32,000 nt of DNA. Origin: Flavobacteriaceae bacterium. Lineage in GTDB: Bacteria > Bacteroidota > Bacteroidia > Flavobacteriales > Flavobacteriaceae. A model generated the notes under the pieces. That model was not told the origin of the DNA. It did no database searches and saw only the letters and a list, made by a program, of their open reading frames with translations. Positions 1-9,122 of the stretch are shown piece after piece; position 1 is the first letter of the stretch, and each line of letters opens with the position of its first letter. Location: NCBI GenBank assembly GCA_965224465.1, contig OZ245049.1, positions 3,180,001 through 3,212,000 of the forward strand, written 5' to 3'. Position numbers and translations under genes: made by a program.

Positions 1-344
1 TTCGAAATACCTTCCAAAGAATTGAGGAGGAATTTCCGGAAAAGTTTGAAAGAATTTCTGAAATACATTTAAAAGTTGGCTTATTGAGTAATGTCCAACC
101 CATTTTAATCACCAATGCCTTTAACGCATTTGTGATGGAGTTCCCACAGTATTACAATACTCAATTGATTGTAGATACGCTTCCCGTGATAATAGCGTGT
201 ACCTGTGGGGCTAAAACGGAAGTAAAAAAGAATCGTTTTGTCTGTAAGAGTTGTGGTAATTCTTGTAAAAATATCATTCAAGGCGAAGAATTATATATAA
301 ACGAAATAAAATTTTTTAATAAAAATGAACACGAAGAAACCTAA
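1..344 (+). CDS. hypA: Nickel metallochaperone HypA, 5' end cut by the window edge (first full codon at nt 3)
   Basis: The ORF track starts at a TTG at 84, but the same frame is open back to nt 3 (RNTFQRIEEEFPEKFERISEIHLKVGLLSNVQP...). It has the HypA-like core (KVGLLS.V.P..L..AF), a C-terminal Cys cluster CTC-x13-CKSC-x3-C and QGEELYI. It overlaps the hypB start by 20 nt. Confidence 0.75.
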   Translation, partial: RNTFQRIEEEFPEKFERISEIHLKVGLLSNVQPILITNAFNAFVMEFPQYYNTQLIVDTLPVIIACTCGAKTEVKKNRFVCKSCGNSCKNIIQGEELYINEIKFFNKNEHEET

Positions 345-1032
345 ATCATCAAAAATTACAGCAGGGAGCATAGATACAGAACACGTGACTCTTAATTTAT
401 TGAGAGCGAATGATTTTGTTGCTCTGAAAATAAAAGAAAAGTTAAAGGACATGTTGGTAATCAATGTGTGTTCTTCTCCAGGGAGTGGAAAAACTTCTTT
501 AATGCAAAAAACGGGAGAGCTACTTAAAAATAAGTTAACAATGGCTGTATTGGTAGCTGATCCAGAAACGGATAGGGATGCTGTTCGTATGAAAGAAGTA
601 GGTATAAATGCACTTCAAATTGTTACTGGAGGAATGTGTCATATAGAGTCTCAAATGATTTTACAGGCAATCGAATTGATCGATTTGGAAGGGACAGATG
701 TGTTGTTTATAGAGAATGTTGGGAACTTAATGTGTCCTTCTTCATTTGATCTAGGGGAGGATTATAGAGTCACCCTTATTTCAACTACCGAAGGAGATGA
801 CAAGCCTAGTAAGTATCCTAAAATGTTTTTGACCAGCGAGTTGATGTTGATTTCTAAGATGGATTTATTGCCGTATTTACCGTTTTCTGTAGCGGCAGTA
901 ACAGCAGATGCAAGGTTGGTAAATCCAGAGATTGAGGTCTTGGAGATTTCATCCTTAAAAGACACTGGATTGGAGAAATGGATTTCCTGGATTCAAGGGA
1001 AAGTCGAAGATAAAAAGAATAAAAACAAGTGA
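325..1032 (+). CDS. hypB: Nickel-dependent G3E-family GTPase HypB
   Basis: 235 aa. P-loop SSPGSGKTSLM, G3E signature ENVGNLMCP, and SKMD (NKxD-type) motif. No His-rich N-terminus. Confidence 0.85.
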   Translation: MNTKKPKSSKITAGSIDTEHVTLNLLRANDFVALKIKEKLKDMLVINVCSSPGSGKTSLMQKTGELLKNKLTMAVLVADPETDRDAVRMKEVGINALQIVTGGMCHIESQMILQAIELIDLEGTDVLFIENVGNLMCPSSFDLGEDYRVTLISTTEGDDKPSKYPKMFLTSELMLISKMDLLPYLPFSVAAVTADARLVNPEIEVLEISSLKDTGLEKWISWIQGKVEDKKNKNK

Positions 1033-1059
1033 ATTAACTAAACTAAAAACAAAATTTTA

Positions 1060-1977
1060 ATGGAAATCAGTAAACTATTTAAAACAGCGCTTGTAGGAGT
1101 CGGGCAGATTTTTTTACAAGACAATGGTTGGACAGGAGTTCTTTTTACGCTTGGTATGTTTTTTAGCGGATGGGATTTAGGAGTTACTTGCTTCTTAGGA
1201 TCCTTAGTAGGAACAATCACTGCGCAGGTATTAAAGTATAAAGAAGAGGATATTTCGTTTGGTCTTTATGGCTTTAATGGAAGTTTGGCTTTTATGTGTA
1301 TGATGTTCTTGTTTGGGAACAGCAATCCAATAATTTGGCTTCTTGGTATTGTGGCTGCTATTATTTCTACATTGGTTATGCATCAATTTGTAAAAAGAGG
1401 AAAAGTAGCATATACATTTCCTTTTGTAAGTACTTGTTGGGTTATTTTTTATGTAGCAACAGGGACAGGTATTTTAGAACAAACGACAGCCCCATTACCA
1501 ATGTATGCAACGGAAGTAAACGACTTTGCGAGTACTGTTATAAATACGTTATACACGCCGTTTTTTGGGCAAGCCGAAGTTAATTTTGGTGCGTCTGTTA
1601 TCACAGGTGTTTTGATTTTCTTAGGCTTGGCGATTTGTACACCTACTGCTGCAGTATATTCTATAACGGCTGCAGTTATTGGCTCTATTGTAGCGTATCA
1701 TTTAGGAGAAAATCCAAATGTAGTTGTAAATGGAATTTATGGATTTAGTCCTATTTTGGTTGCTTGTGCTTTTGCGGGGCCTAAAAGGTCTGATTTTATA
1801 TACGTCATAGTAGGGACAGTTATGGCTGTTCTGATTCATTTTACTATGAGTAAGATTGGGATTATACAATATACATTTCCCTTTATACTTACCTCTTGGA
1901 TCCTATTGTATGTAAAAGCAGCTATTGAAAAGTTAAATCCAGATACGTCTAAGCTTGTTAGGTTTCTGAATCCTTAA
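1060..1977 (+). CDS. Urea transporter (UT family integral membrane channel)
   Basis: 305 aa and strongly hydrophobic. N-terminal GQIFLQDNGWTGVLFTLG motif typical of bacterial UT proteins. Sits immediately upstream of ureABC. Confidence 0.75.
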   Translation: MEISKLFKTALVGVGQIFLQDNGWTGVLFTLGMFFSGWDLGVTCFLGSLVGTITAQVLKYKEEDISFGLYGFNGSLAFMCMMFLFGNSNPIIWLLGIVAAIISTLVMHQFVKRGKVAYTFPFVSTCWVIFYVATGTGILEQTTAPLPMYATEVNDFASTVINTLYTPFFGQAEVNFGASVITGVLIFLGLAICTPTAAVYSITAAVIGSIVAYHLGENPNVVVNGIYGFSPILVACAFAGPKRSDFIYVIVGTVMAVLIHFTMSKIGIIQYTFPFILTSWILLYVKAAIEKLNPDTSKLVRFLNP

Positions 1978-2046
1978 GGGTCGATGCTATAACAAGCCCC
2001 AAGAAATACTAGCGAACAATTTTATTAATCATTTAAATTTTAAATT

Positions 2047-2349
2047 ATGCATTTAGTACCAAGAGAACAAGAAAAGTTGATGCTTTTTTTAGCGGGTAAA
2101 GTAGCTGAAGAAAGAAAAGCAAGAGGATTAAAACTCAATCATCCAGAATCAATTGCATTGATAGCAAAAAACCTTATTGAGGGAGCGCGTGATGGAAAGA
2201 CCGTAGCGCAATTAATGCAAGAAGGAACTACATACATTAGTCGTAAAGATGTGATGGATGGCGTTGCAGAAATGATACACGATGTGCAAATCGAGGCTAC
2301 ATTTCCTGATGGAACAAAATTAGTTACCGTGCACAACCCAATTTCTTAA
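2047..2349 (+). CDS. ureA: Urease gamma subunit
   Basis: 100 aa. [10 protein letters not shown]...[15 protein letters not shown]...[17 protein letters not shown] is the canonical UreA sequence pattern. Confidence 0.97.
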   Translation: MHLVPREQEKLMLFLAGKVAEERKARGLKLNHPESIALIAKNLIEGARDGKTVAQLMQEGTTYISRKDVMDGVAEMIHDVQIEATFPDGTKLVTVHNPIS

Positions 2350-2368
2350 AACTTAAAATTTTAAAATT

Positions 2369-2695
2369 ATGAGTACATCAAAAAGTAATTATGTAATTCC
2401 TGGCGAGATTATCTACGGAAAAGGAGATATCGAAATAAACGCAGGTAAAAAGGTGACAACTGTAAAAGTTACAAATACAGGAGATAGACCGATACAAGTT
2501 GGATCTCATTTTCATTTTGCAGAAGTAAATGCTGCATTGGAATTTGACCGTGAAGCTACAGAGGGAAAACGCTTAAACATTCCTGCTGGATTGGCAATTA
2601 GATTTGAGCCAGGGGAAACAAATGCTAAAGTTGAGCTTATTCCTTATGGAGGAATTGGTAGAGTTAGAGGGTTTAGTTTAAGACATAAGAAATAA
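2369..2695 (+). CDS. ureB: Urease beta subunit
   Basis: 108 aa. [19 protein letters not shown] and [15 protein letters not shown] are canonical UreB motifs. Confidence 0.97.
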   Translation: MSTSKSNYVIPGEIIYGKGDIEINAGKKVTTVKVTNTGDRPIQVGSHFHFAEVNAALEFDREATEGKRLNIPAGLAIRFEPGETNAKVELIPYGGIGRVRGFSLRHKK

Positions 2696-2722
2696 TTACT
2701 AATTAATTAAAAAATAGAGATC

Positions 2723-4441
2723 ATGAGTACTATAGATAGAAAAAAATACGCATCCATGTATGGGCCTACAACAGGAGATAAAGTGCGTTTAGGTGATAGT
2801 GAATTATTCGCCGAAGTAGAAAAAGATTTTACCGTATATGGTGAAGAAAATAAATTTGGTGGTGGTAAAACAGTAAGAGATGGAATGGCGCAATCTGCTA
2901 CACATACGAGAGATGAAGGTGTGTTGGATTTATTGATTACCAATGCTCTTATTATTGATTATTGGGGAATTGTAAAAGCAGATATTGGGGTAAAAGACGG
3001 TAAAATTATCGGAATTGGAAAAGCAGGAAATCCAAATACGATGGATGGTGTGACTCCAGGGATGAACATTGGTGCTTCTACAGAAGTTCTCGCTGCCGAA
3101 GGTAATATAATTACTGCAGGAGGATTGGATGCTCATGTTCACTTTATTTGTCCTCAATTAGTAGATACTGCTCTGTATAGTGGGATCACTACCATGATTG
3201 GTGGAGGTACTGGACCTAGTCACGGTACGTTGGCAACCACAGTTACTCCAGGTGCTTGGAATTTAGAAAAAATGTTCCAATCGTTAGACGAATTCCCGTT
3301 AAATTTCGGGTTGTTTGGGAAAGGGAACTCTTCTTCGGAAGCCGCATTAGTAGAGCAAGTAGAAGCAGGCGCCTTAGGCTTGAAATTACATGAAGATTGG
3401 GGGACCACTCCATCTGCAATTGATACTTGTTTAACGGTTGCTGATAAATACGATATTCAAGTTGCGATTCACTCAGATACGTTGAACGAAGCTGGATTTG
3501 TTGAAGACACCATTGCTGCAATCAATGGTAGAACAATACATACATTCCATACCGAAGGCGCAGGTGGAGGACATGCTCCTGATATTATTACAATTGCAGG
3601 TTTACCAAATATCTTGCCTTCTTCTACAAACCCAACAAGACCGTTTACTGTAAATACAGCGGATGAGCATTTAGATATGCTTATGGTTTGTCATCATTTA
3701 GATAAAAATGTAAAAGAAGATGTATCATTTGCAGATTCACGTATCCGCCCAGAAACTATTGCTGCAGAGGATATTTTACATGATAAAGGTGTATTCTCTA
3801 TGATGAGTTCTGATTCTCAAGCAATGGGTAGAGTTGGAGAAGTTGTATGTCGTACTTGGCAAACTGCAGATAAAATGAAACGTCAATTTGGTGCCTTAGA
3901 AGAAGACAAAGGTAACGATAATGACAACTTTAGAATTAAGAGATATATTGCTAAGTATACAATTAATCCTGCAATTTCTCACGGTGTTTCTAAACATGTT
4001 GGTTCTATAGAGGTTGGTAAAATGGCAGATATGGTTATGTGGAGACCAGATATGTTTGGTGCGAAACCCGAACTTATTGTTAAAGGTGGGGTTGTATTAG
4101 CCTCTAAAATGGGAGATGCAAATGCATCCATTCCAACTCCTCAGCCAGTAGTATATAAACCAATGTTCGGATACTTTGGACAATCAATGAAAAAATCGTC
4201 TGCTATATTTGTTTCTCAAGTGTCCTTAGATAAAGGGATAGTTCAGGGATATGGTTTAGGTAAAAACGTATTGGCTGTTGAAAACTGTAGAAATATCAGT
4301 AAAGCAGATATGGTTTTAAATGATGCAACTCCTAAGATTGAGGTAAATGCTCAAACGTATGAAGTAAAAGTAGATGGAGAAGTAATTACTTGTGAGCCTA
4401 TTGATATTATTCCAATGGCACAATTGTATTTTTTGTTTTAA
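2723..4441 (+). CDS. ureC: Urease alpha (catalytic) subunit
   Basis: 572 aa. [29 protein letters not shown] and [12 protein letters not shown] nickel-site motifs. Confidence 0.98.
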   Translation: MSTIDRKKYASMYGPTTGDKVRLGDSELFAEVEKDFTVYGEENKFGGGKTVRDGMAQSATHTRDEGVLDLLITNALIIDYWGIVKADIGVKDGKIIGIGKAGNPNTMDGVTPGMNIGASTEVLAAEGNIITAGGLDAHVHFICPQLVDTALYSGITTMIGGGTGPSHGTLATTVTPGAWNLEKMFQSLDEFPLNFGLFGKGNSSSEAALVEQVEAGALGLKLHEDWGTTPSAIDTCLTVADKYDIQVAIHSDTLNEAGFVEDTIAAINGRTIHTFHTEGAGGGHAPDIITIAGLPNILPSSTNPTRPFTVNTADEHLDMLMVCHHLDKNVKEDVSFADSRIRPETIAAEDILHDKGVFSMMSSDSQAMGRVGEVVCRTWQTADKMKRQFGALEEDKGNDNDNFRIKRYIAKYTINPAISHGVSKHVGSIEVGKMADMVMWRPDMFGAKPELIVKGGVVLASKMGDANASIPTPQPVVYKPMFGYFGQSMKKSSAIFVSQVSLDKGIVQGYGLGKNVLAVENCRNISKADMVLNDATPKIEVNAQTYEVKVDGEVITCEPIDIIPMAQLYFLF

Positions 4442-4530
4442 TATATAATGTGGTCGATAAGACCAATTGTATTTTTTGATTATTGTGAGCCATGTTGAAT
4501 GCGTGTAGTAGTGTATTCAGCATGGCTATT

Positions 4531-4564
4531 AATCCAAATACATTTCTAAATGACCGCTGTAGAT
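4531..4564 (+). repeat. Foldback repeat 5'-end fragment (degenerate) in the ureC-TBDR spacer
   Basis: AATCCAAATACATTTCTAAATGACCGCTGTAGA versus consensus ATACCAAATACATTTCCAAGTGACGGTTTAGA. Confidence 0.7.
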
Positions 4565-4572
4565 CATGTCTT

Positions 4573-4608
4573 ATACCAAATACATTTTCAAGTGACGGTT
4601 TAGGAAAG
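4573..4608 (+). repeat. Foldback repeat 5'-end fragment in the ureC-TBDR spacer
   Basis: ATACCAAATACATTTTCAAGTGACGGTTTAGGAAAG matches the first ~36 nt of the consensus. Confidence 0.85.
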
Positions 4609-4671
4609 TCCTGTAGCATTTTTATAAATATATCTATGAGCTTATTGTCAGCTGTAAAAGACAACAAGAGA

Positions 4672-6894
4672 ATGAAAAAATCACCCTATAAAATCACCTT
4701 ATTGCTGCTAATTGTCAGCCTGTCCAGTTTTTCACAAACTATTATTGGAACTATTACAAATTCCTATAATGTACCTATTGAAAACGTGTATGTATTAAAT
4801 CGGAACGCTAATACCCATATTCACACAAATTCTAAAGGAGTGTTTTCTTTAGAAAATGTGAAGGTAGGAGATTCGTTACAGTTGAGTCATATCAGTTATA
4901 AAACTATCATTGTTCCTGTAAGAGCTATTGATACACCATTTAATATTCAGCTGCGAGAACAATTTGTGGACTTGTCGGAAATTGTAATTCCAAAAAAATT
5001 GAATGCTTTAAATGTATTTGTCAATATAAATTTAAAAAACACTCCCGTTAATAACTCTCAGGATATCCTTAAAACAGTTCCTGGTTTGATTATAGGGCAA
5101 CATGCTGGAGGTGGGAAAAGTGAACAAATTTTCTTAAGAGGTTTTGATGTAGATCATGGAACTGATATACAGATAACTGTAGAAGGCATGCCTGTAAATA
5201 TAGTTTCTCATGCGCATGGTCAAGGATACGCTGATCTGCATTTTGTGATACCTGAAACTATTGATAAAATAGACTTTGATAAAGGGCCATACCATGCCAA
5301 TAAAGGGAATTTTGCTACTGCAGGATATATAGATTTTCAACTAAAAGAACAGATAGATCATAGTCAAGTAAAACTAGAAGGAGGTTCCTTTAATACCCAA
5401 CGAATTTCAGGATTATTTAACCTGCTGAATCAAGGGAATAAAAAAGCCTATATAGCGACGGAATATTTAATGACAGACGGACCTTTTAAATCTCCTCAAA
5501 ATTTTAATAGGATCAATATGATGGCGAGGTATACCGAGTTTTTAAATAGTGGAGGAAAAGTATCGTTTATAGCTTCTTATTTTTCTAGTGACTGGGATGC
5601 TTCTGGGCAAATACCAGAGAGAGTTGTACCAATTATAGGTCGTTTTGGTGCCATAGATGATACCGAAGGTGGGACTACCCATAGAACAAATATTATAGTT
5701 AAATACGATAAAAAATTAGAGGAGGATGCAATGGTGAAAAACAGTATGTACTATGTGAATTATGACTTTGAGCTGTTTTCAAATTTTACATTCTTTTTAA
5801 ACAATCCTATCCAAGGCGATCAAATCAAACAAAAGGAAAACAGAAAGATATTTGGTGTAAATAGCGTGTATAGTAAGCGCTTCGATTATGGTATTGATAA
5901 CGATGGTGTATTTATAAGTGGTGTTGGGTTTAGAAATGATAAAAGTATTGAGAACGAATTGTCTTATACAAAAAACAGAACCCTCACGGTAAAAACACTA
6001 AAACTAGGTGATATTGATGAAACTAATATGTATGCTTTTGTAGATAGCAGGTTTAATATCGGTAAGTGGACCGTAAATCCAGGATTGAGATTGGATTATT
6101 TTAAGTTTAATTATCACGATCATTTGAAAGTAGCATACAGTGTAGAGTCAGCGCAAAAATCTATTCTGAGCCCCAAGTTAAATTTCTTATTTAATTATTC
6201 TAACAACCTACAGTTGTTTTTAAAAACAGGGAAAGGTTTTCATTCAAATGATACCAGAGTTGTTGTACAGTCAGTTGGACATAAAACGTTGCCAGCTGCC
6301 TATGGAAGTGATATAGGTATGGTTTGGAAGCCAAGTCCAAAAGTAATTCTAAGCACTGCTTTTTGGTACTTGTTTTCTGAGCAAGAATTTGTTTACGTCG
6401 GGGACGAAGCTGTGGTGGAATCCATAGGTAATACACAAAGATTAGGTGTAGATCTTGGATGGATGTATTACCCCTTAGATTGGTTAAGTCTAAATGTAGA
6501 TCTTAACTACGCAAAGCCAAAAGCGATTGAAGAACCAAAAGGACAAGATTTTGTGCCATTGGCGCCTGATCTAACAGTTGCAGGAGGCATTAGGCTAAAT
6601 CATCCGTCTGGATTGTTTGGAGCAGCTAAATTCTTATTTGTAAAAGACAGACCCGCAAATGAAGATAATTCTATTGTAGCTAAGGGCTATTCTTTATTGG
6701 ATGTAAATATAGGTTACAGATGGAGTAAAATCACCTTGGGAATTGAGCTTAGAAATGTACTAGATACAACATGGAATGAAACCCAGTTTGCTACCGAATC
6801 AAGGTTGAAAAATGAAGTAGCACCCGTTACTGAAATTCACTTTACACCAGGGAATCCTTTTAATGTTAAAGGCTCAATTACGTATAGTTTTTAA
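4672..6894 (+). CDS. TonB-dependent outer-membrane receptor embedded in the urease operon
   Basis: The real start is taken at MKKSPYKITLLLLIVSLSSFSQ (signal peptide). This is followed by a CarboxypepD_reg-like domain, a plug (FLRGFDVDHGTD) and a beta-barrel ending in ...ITYSF. The 60 codons upstream in the ORF track (from 4492) are read-through of repeat fragments. Confidence 0.85.
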   Translation: MKKSPYKITLLLLIVSLSSFSQTIIGTITNSYNVPIENVYVLNRNANTHIHTNSKGVFSLENVKVGDSLQLSHISYKTIIVPVRAIDTPFNIQLREQFVDLSEIVIPKKLNALNVFVNINLKNTPVNNSQDILKTVPGLIIGQHAGGGKSEQIFLRGFDVDHGTDIQITVEGMPVNIVSHAHGQGYADLHFVIPETIDKIDFDKGPYHANKGNFATAGYIDFQLKEQIDHSQVKLEGGSFNTQRISGLFNLLNQGNKKAYIATEYLMTDGPFKSPQNFNRINMMARYTEFLNSGGKVSFIASYFSSDWDASGQIPERVVPIIGRFGAIDDTEGGTTHRTNIIVKYDKKLEEDAMVKNSMYYVNYDFELFSNFTFFLNNPIQGDQIKQKENRKIFGVNSVYSKRFDYGIDNDGVFISGVGFRNDKSIENELSYTKNRTLTVKTLKLGDIDETNMYAFVDSRFNIGKWTVNPGLRLDYFKFNYHDHLKVAYSVESAQKSILSPKLNFLFNYSNNLQLFLKTGKGFHSNDTRVVVQSVGHKTLPAAYGSDIGMVWKPSPKVILSTAFWYLFSEQEFVYVGDEAVVESIGNTQRLGVDLGWMYYPLDWLSLNVDLNYAKPKAIEEPKGQDFVPLAPDLTVAGGIRLNHPSGLFGAAKFLFVKDRPANEDNSIVAKGYSLLDVNIGYRWSKITLGIELRNVLDTTWNETQFATESRLKNEVAPVTEIHFTPGNPFNVKGSITYSF

Positions 6895-6924
6895 TGTGTA
6901 ATTCGTTTAAAACACAATACTTAT

Positions 6925-7437
6925 ATGAAGATTATCTCAAAAATAATAGGGAATTTAAAAAACAGTGACTTTAGTTCAAAAGAGATAGATTTCTTTGATA
7001 TAGAGTGGTATGAGACAACGCGAAAAGTGCTTAGAAAAGAAACCAGAAATGGAGAAGAGATCGCATTGAGGATATTGAAAGAAAAGTTTAGAATTAAACA
7101 CCTCGATATTTTATTTGAAGACGATACTTCTATGATTGTAGCCAGTGTCTTGCCAGCAGAAGCTGTAATTGTACAACCAGATTCTATGAGAGAAATGGGT
7201 ACTATTTGTTACGAAATAGGAAATCAGCACATTCCTATTTTTATAGAAAAAAACGAAATAATTATACCATTCGAAGATCCTATATACAATTTATTAAATA
7301 GCGCTGGTTATAGGCCTTTAAAAGGGAAAAGAATATTTGAAAACATGCTAAAAGCAGTGCCGGATCATTCAAAGACTACGGATACTTGTATTGATATGGA
7401 TCGCTTATTTAGCAAAGTATTAGCCGATAAAAACTAA
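6925..7437 (+). CDS. ureE: Urease accessory protein UreE (no His-rich C-terminal tail)
   Basis: 170 aa. YEIGNQHIP motif. Positioned before ureF. Confidence 0.85.
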   Translation: MKIISKIIGNLKNSDFSSKEIDFFDIEWYETTRKVLRKETRNGEEIALRILKEKFRIKHLDILFEDDTSMIVASVLPAEAVIVQPDSMREMGTICYEIGNQHIPIFIEKNEIIIPFEDPIYNLLNSAGYRPLKGKRIFENMLKAVPDHSKTTDTCIDMDRLFSKVLADKN

Positions 7438-7441
7438 AATT

Positions 7442-8131
7442 ATGAAAATTAATGCACTCTTGAGTTTGTTACATGTAGCCGATCCTAATTTACCTATTGG
7501 TGGATATTCTCACTCCAATGGTTTGGAAACGTATGTTCAAAAAGAAATTGTAAATGATCAAAAAAGTACCTTGAGGTTTTTAATAAATATGATGAGTAAC
7601 AATGTATTGCATAACGATGCTTCTTATGTGAAACTGGTTTATGAAGCGTTGGAATCCAATAATTTTAAAGAGGTAATCTCTTTAGATTTGGAGTGTACAG
7701 CCTTAAAAAGCCCTAAGGAAATACGAGAAGGAAGCCATAAGTTAGGTGCGCGCTTATTTAAAATTTTTAAAAACAAAAATGAACACCCTATGTTAAAAGT
7801 TTTAGGGGAATATGTTTTTAAAAAGAAAGAAGTGGGGAATTATGCTATCGTGTATAGTGTGGTGTGTTTTGTAAGTGGGATTTCCTTAAAAGAAGCCTTG
7901 GCAGCATTTTATTTTTCTTCTGCTGCTGGGATGATTACTAATGCCGTTAAATTAGTGCCTCTTGGGCAATTACAAGGGCAAGAGATCTTATTTGAAATTC
8001 AGGGAAAGATAGATGTTTGGGTAGAAAAAACCATTGCGTTGGACAGAAGTCTTGTTGGGATTTCTAATGTAGGTTTTGATTTGCGTTCCATGCAACACGA
8101 GCGCTTGTATTCAAGGCTGTACATGAGTTAA
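7442..8131 (+). CDS. ureF: Urease accessory protein UreF
   Basis: 229 aa. LLHVADPNLPIGGYSHSNGLETYV N-terminal UreF motif. Confidence 0.9.
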   Translation: MKINALLSLLHVADPNLPIGGYSHSNGLETYVQKEIVNDQKSTLRFLINMMSNNVLHNDASYVKLVYEALESNNFKEVISLDLECTALKSPKEIREGSHKLGARLFKIFKNKNEHPMLKVLGEYVFKKKEVGNYAIVYSVVCFVSGISLKEALAAFYFSSAAGMITNAVKLVPLGQLQGQEILFEIQGKIDVWVEKTIALDRSLVGISNVGFDLRSMQHERLYSRLYMS

Positions 8132-8140
8132 GGAGTCCAG

Positions 8141-8176
8141 ATTATTTATATCGGTCATTTTGGATTGCATTGGTAT
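8141..8176 (+). repeat. Foldback repeat 3'-end fragment in the ureF-ureG spacer
   Basis: ATTATTTATATCGGTCATTTTGGATTGCATTGGTAT matches the last ~36 nt of the consensus. Confidence 0.85.
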
Positions 8177-8221
8177 TAAATGGATGTAGAGGTAAAAATT
8201 ATATAATTAAAAGAATAGAGC

Positions 8222-8854
8222 ATGAGAAAATATGTTAAAATAGGAATTTCAGGGCCTGTAGGTGCTGGGAAAACAGCGTTGATAGAAACCCTGTCTAGAA
8301 AAATGGCTAAAAACTATTATATAGGTGTCATAACCAATGATATTTATACCCGAGAAGATCAAATATTCTTACAAAAAAATAGTCTTTTAGATGCGGATAG
8401 AATTATTGGTGTAGAAACGGGAGGTTGTCCTCATACCGCTATTAGAGAGGATGCGAGTATGAACCTAGAAGCGGTGGATGAGTTAGCAGAAAGACATCCT
8501 GATATGGCACTTTTATTTATTGAGAGTGGTGGTGATAACCTGGCAGTAACCTTTAGCCCAGAACTGGTAGATTTAACCATTTTTGTTACAGATACTGCCG
8601 CAGGAGAAGACATTCCTAGAAAAGGTGGCCCTGGGAACACTCGCTCTGATTTATTATTGATTAATAAATTTGATTTGGCACCCTATGTTGGTGTTAACTT
8701 AGATAATATGAGGCGAGATGCTCTAAAAATGCGAAAAGGAAAACCATTTGTTTTCACCAATTTAAAAACGGGTGAAGGTGTAGATGCAGTTATTGGTTGG
8801 ATTCGAAAATATGCACTCTTAGAAGATATTAAAGAACCAGCACTTATAAAATAA
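8222..8854 (+). CDS. ureG: Urease accessory GTPase UreG
   Basis: 210 aa. [13 protein letters not shown]-loop, [20 protein letters not shown] and NKFDL motifs. Confidence 0.96.
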   Translation: MRKYVKIGISGPVGAGKTALIETLSRKMAKNYYIGVITNDIYTREDQIFLQKNSLLDADRIIGVETGGCPHTAIREDASMNLEAVDELAERHPDMALLFIESGGDNLAVTFSPELVDLTIFVTDTAAGEDIPRKGGPGNTRSDLLLINKFDLAPYVGVNLDNMRRDALKMRKGKPFVFTNLKTGEGVDAVIGWIRKYALLEDIKEPALIK

Positions 8855-8945
8855 TTTGTAACAATTAGAAAGACCTTTTTGTGACCTATACTGAACAGTT
8901 AGAAACAGGGGGCTTGATACTTGTTTTTAGAATACTTTTTTGAGG

Positions 8946-9008
8946 CATATGATACATCCATTTCAACCATTTTATTCGGCTAGAGTTTGGTTGAATGGGT
9001 GTCATATG
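8946..9008 (+). other. Long imperfect hairpin (~21 bp stem, 18-nt loop) in the 268-nt ureG-ureD spacer
   Basis: CATATGATACATCCATTTCAACCA - loop - TGGTTGAATGGGTGTCATATG. No U-run follows. Confidence 0.7.
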
Positions 9009-9122
9009 TAACTTCTTATTAAAGCTTTTGATTAAAATAATATAGTATGACAGATGAGACAACCATGTATTTTTATAAGTAGGATGTTTCATTTGCTCGA
9101 ATTGATAAAATAGAATATACAG

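Noticed and set aside
4492-4671. N-terminal 60 codons of the 800-aa ORF (MLNACSSVFSMAINPNTF...)
   Set aside because: This stretch is translation of two repeat 5'-end fragments (IPNTFSSDGLGK = ATACCAAATACATTTTCAAGTGACGG...). A proper signal peptide starts at Met61 (4672).
8946-9008. NikR operator (palindromic TATGA...TCATA half-sites)
   Set aside because: The E. coli-type NikR site is GTATGA-N16-TCATAC. Here the half-site-like ends are ~49 nt apart and belong to a continuous long stem, so the spacing does not fit.
8886-9092. 68-aa minus-strand ORF in the ureG-ureD spacer
   Set aside because: It has no recognisable motifs and an odd composition (W/K/H/Y-rich). It spans both arms of the palindrome, so it is most likely an artefact of that structure.
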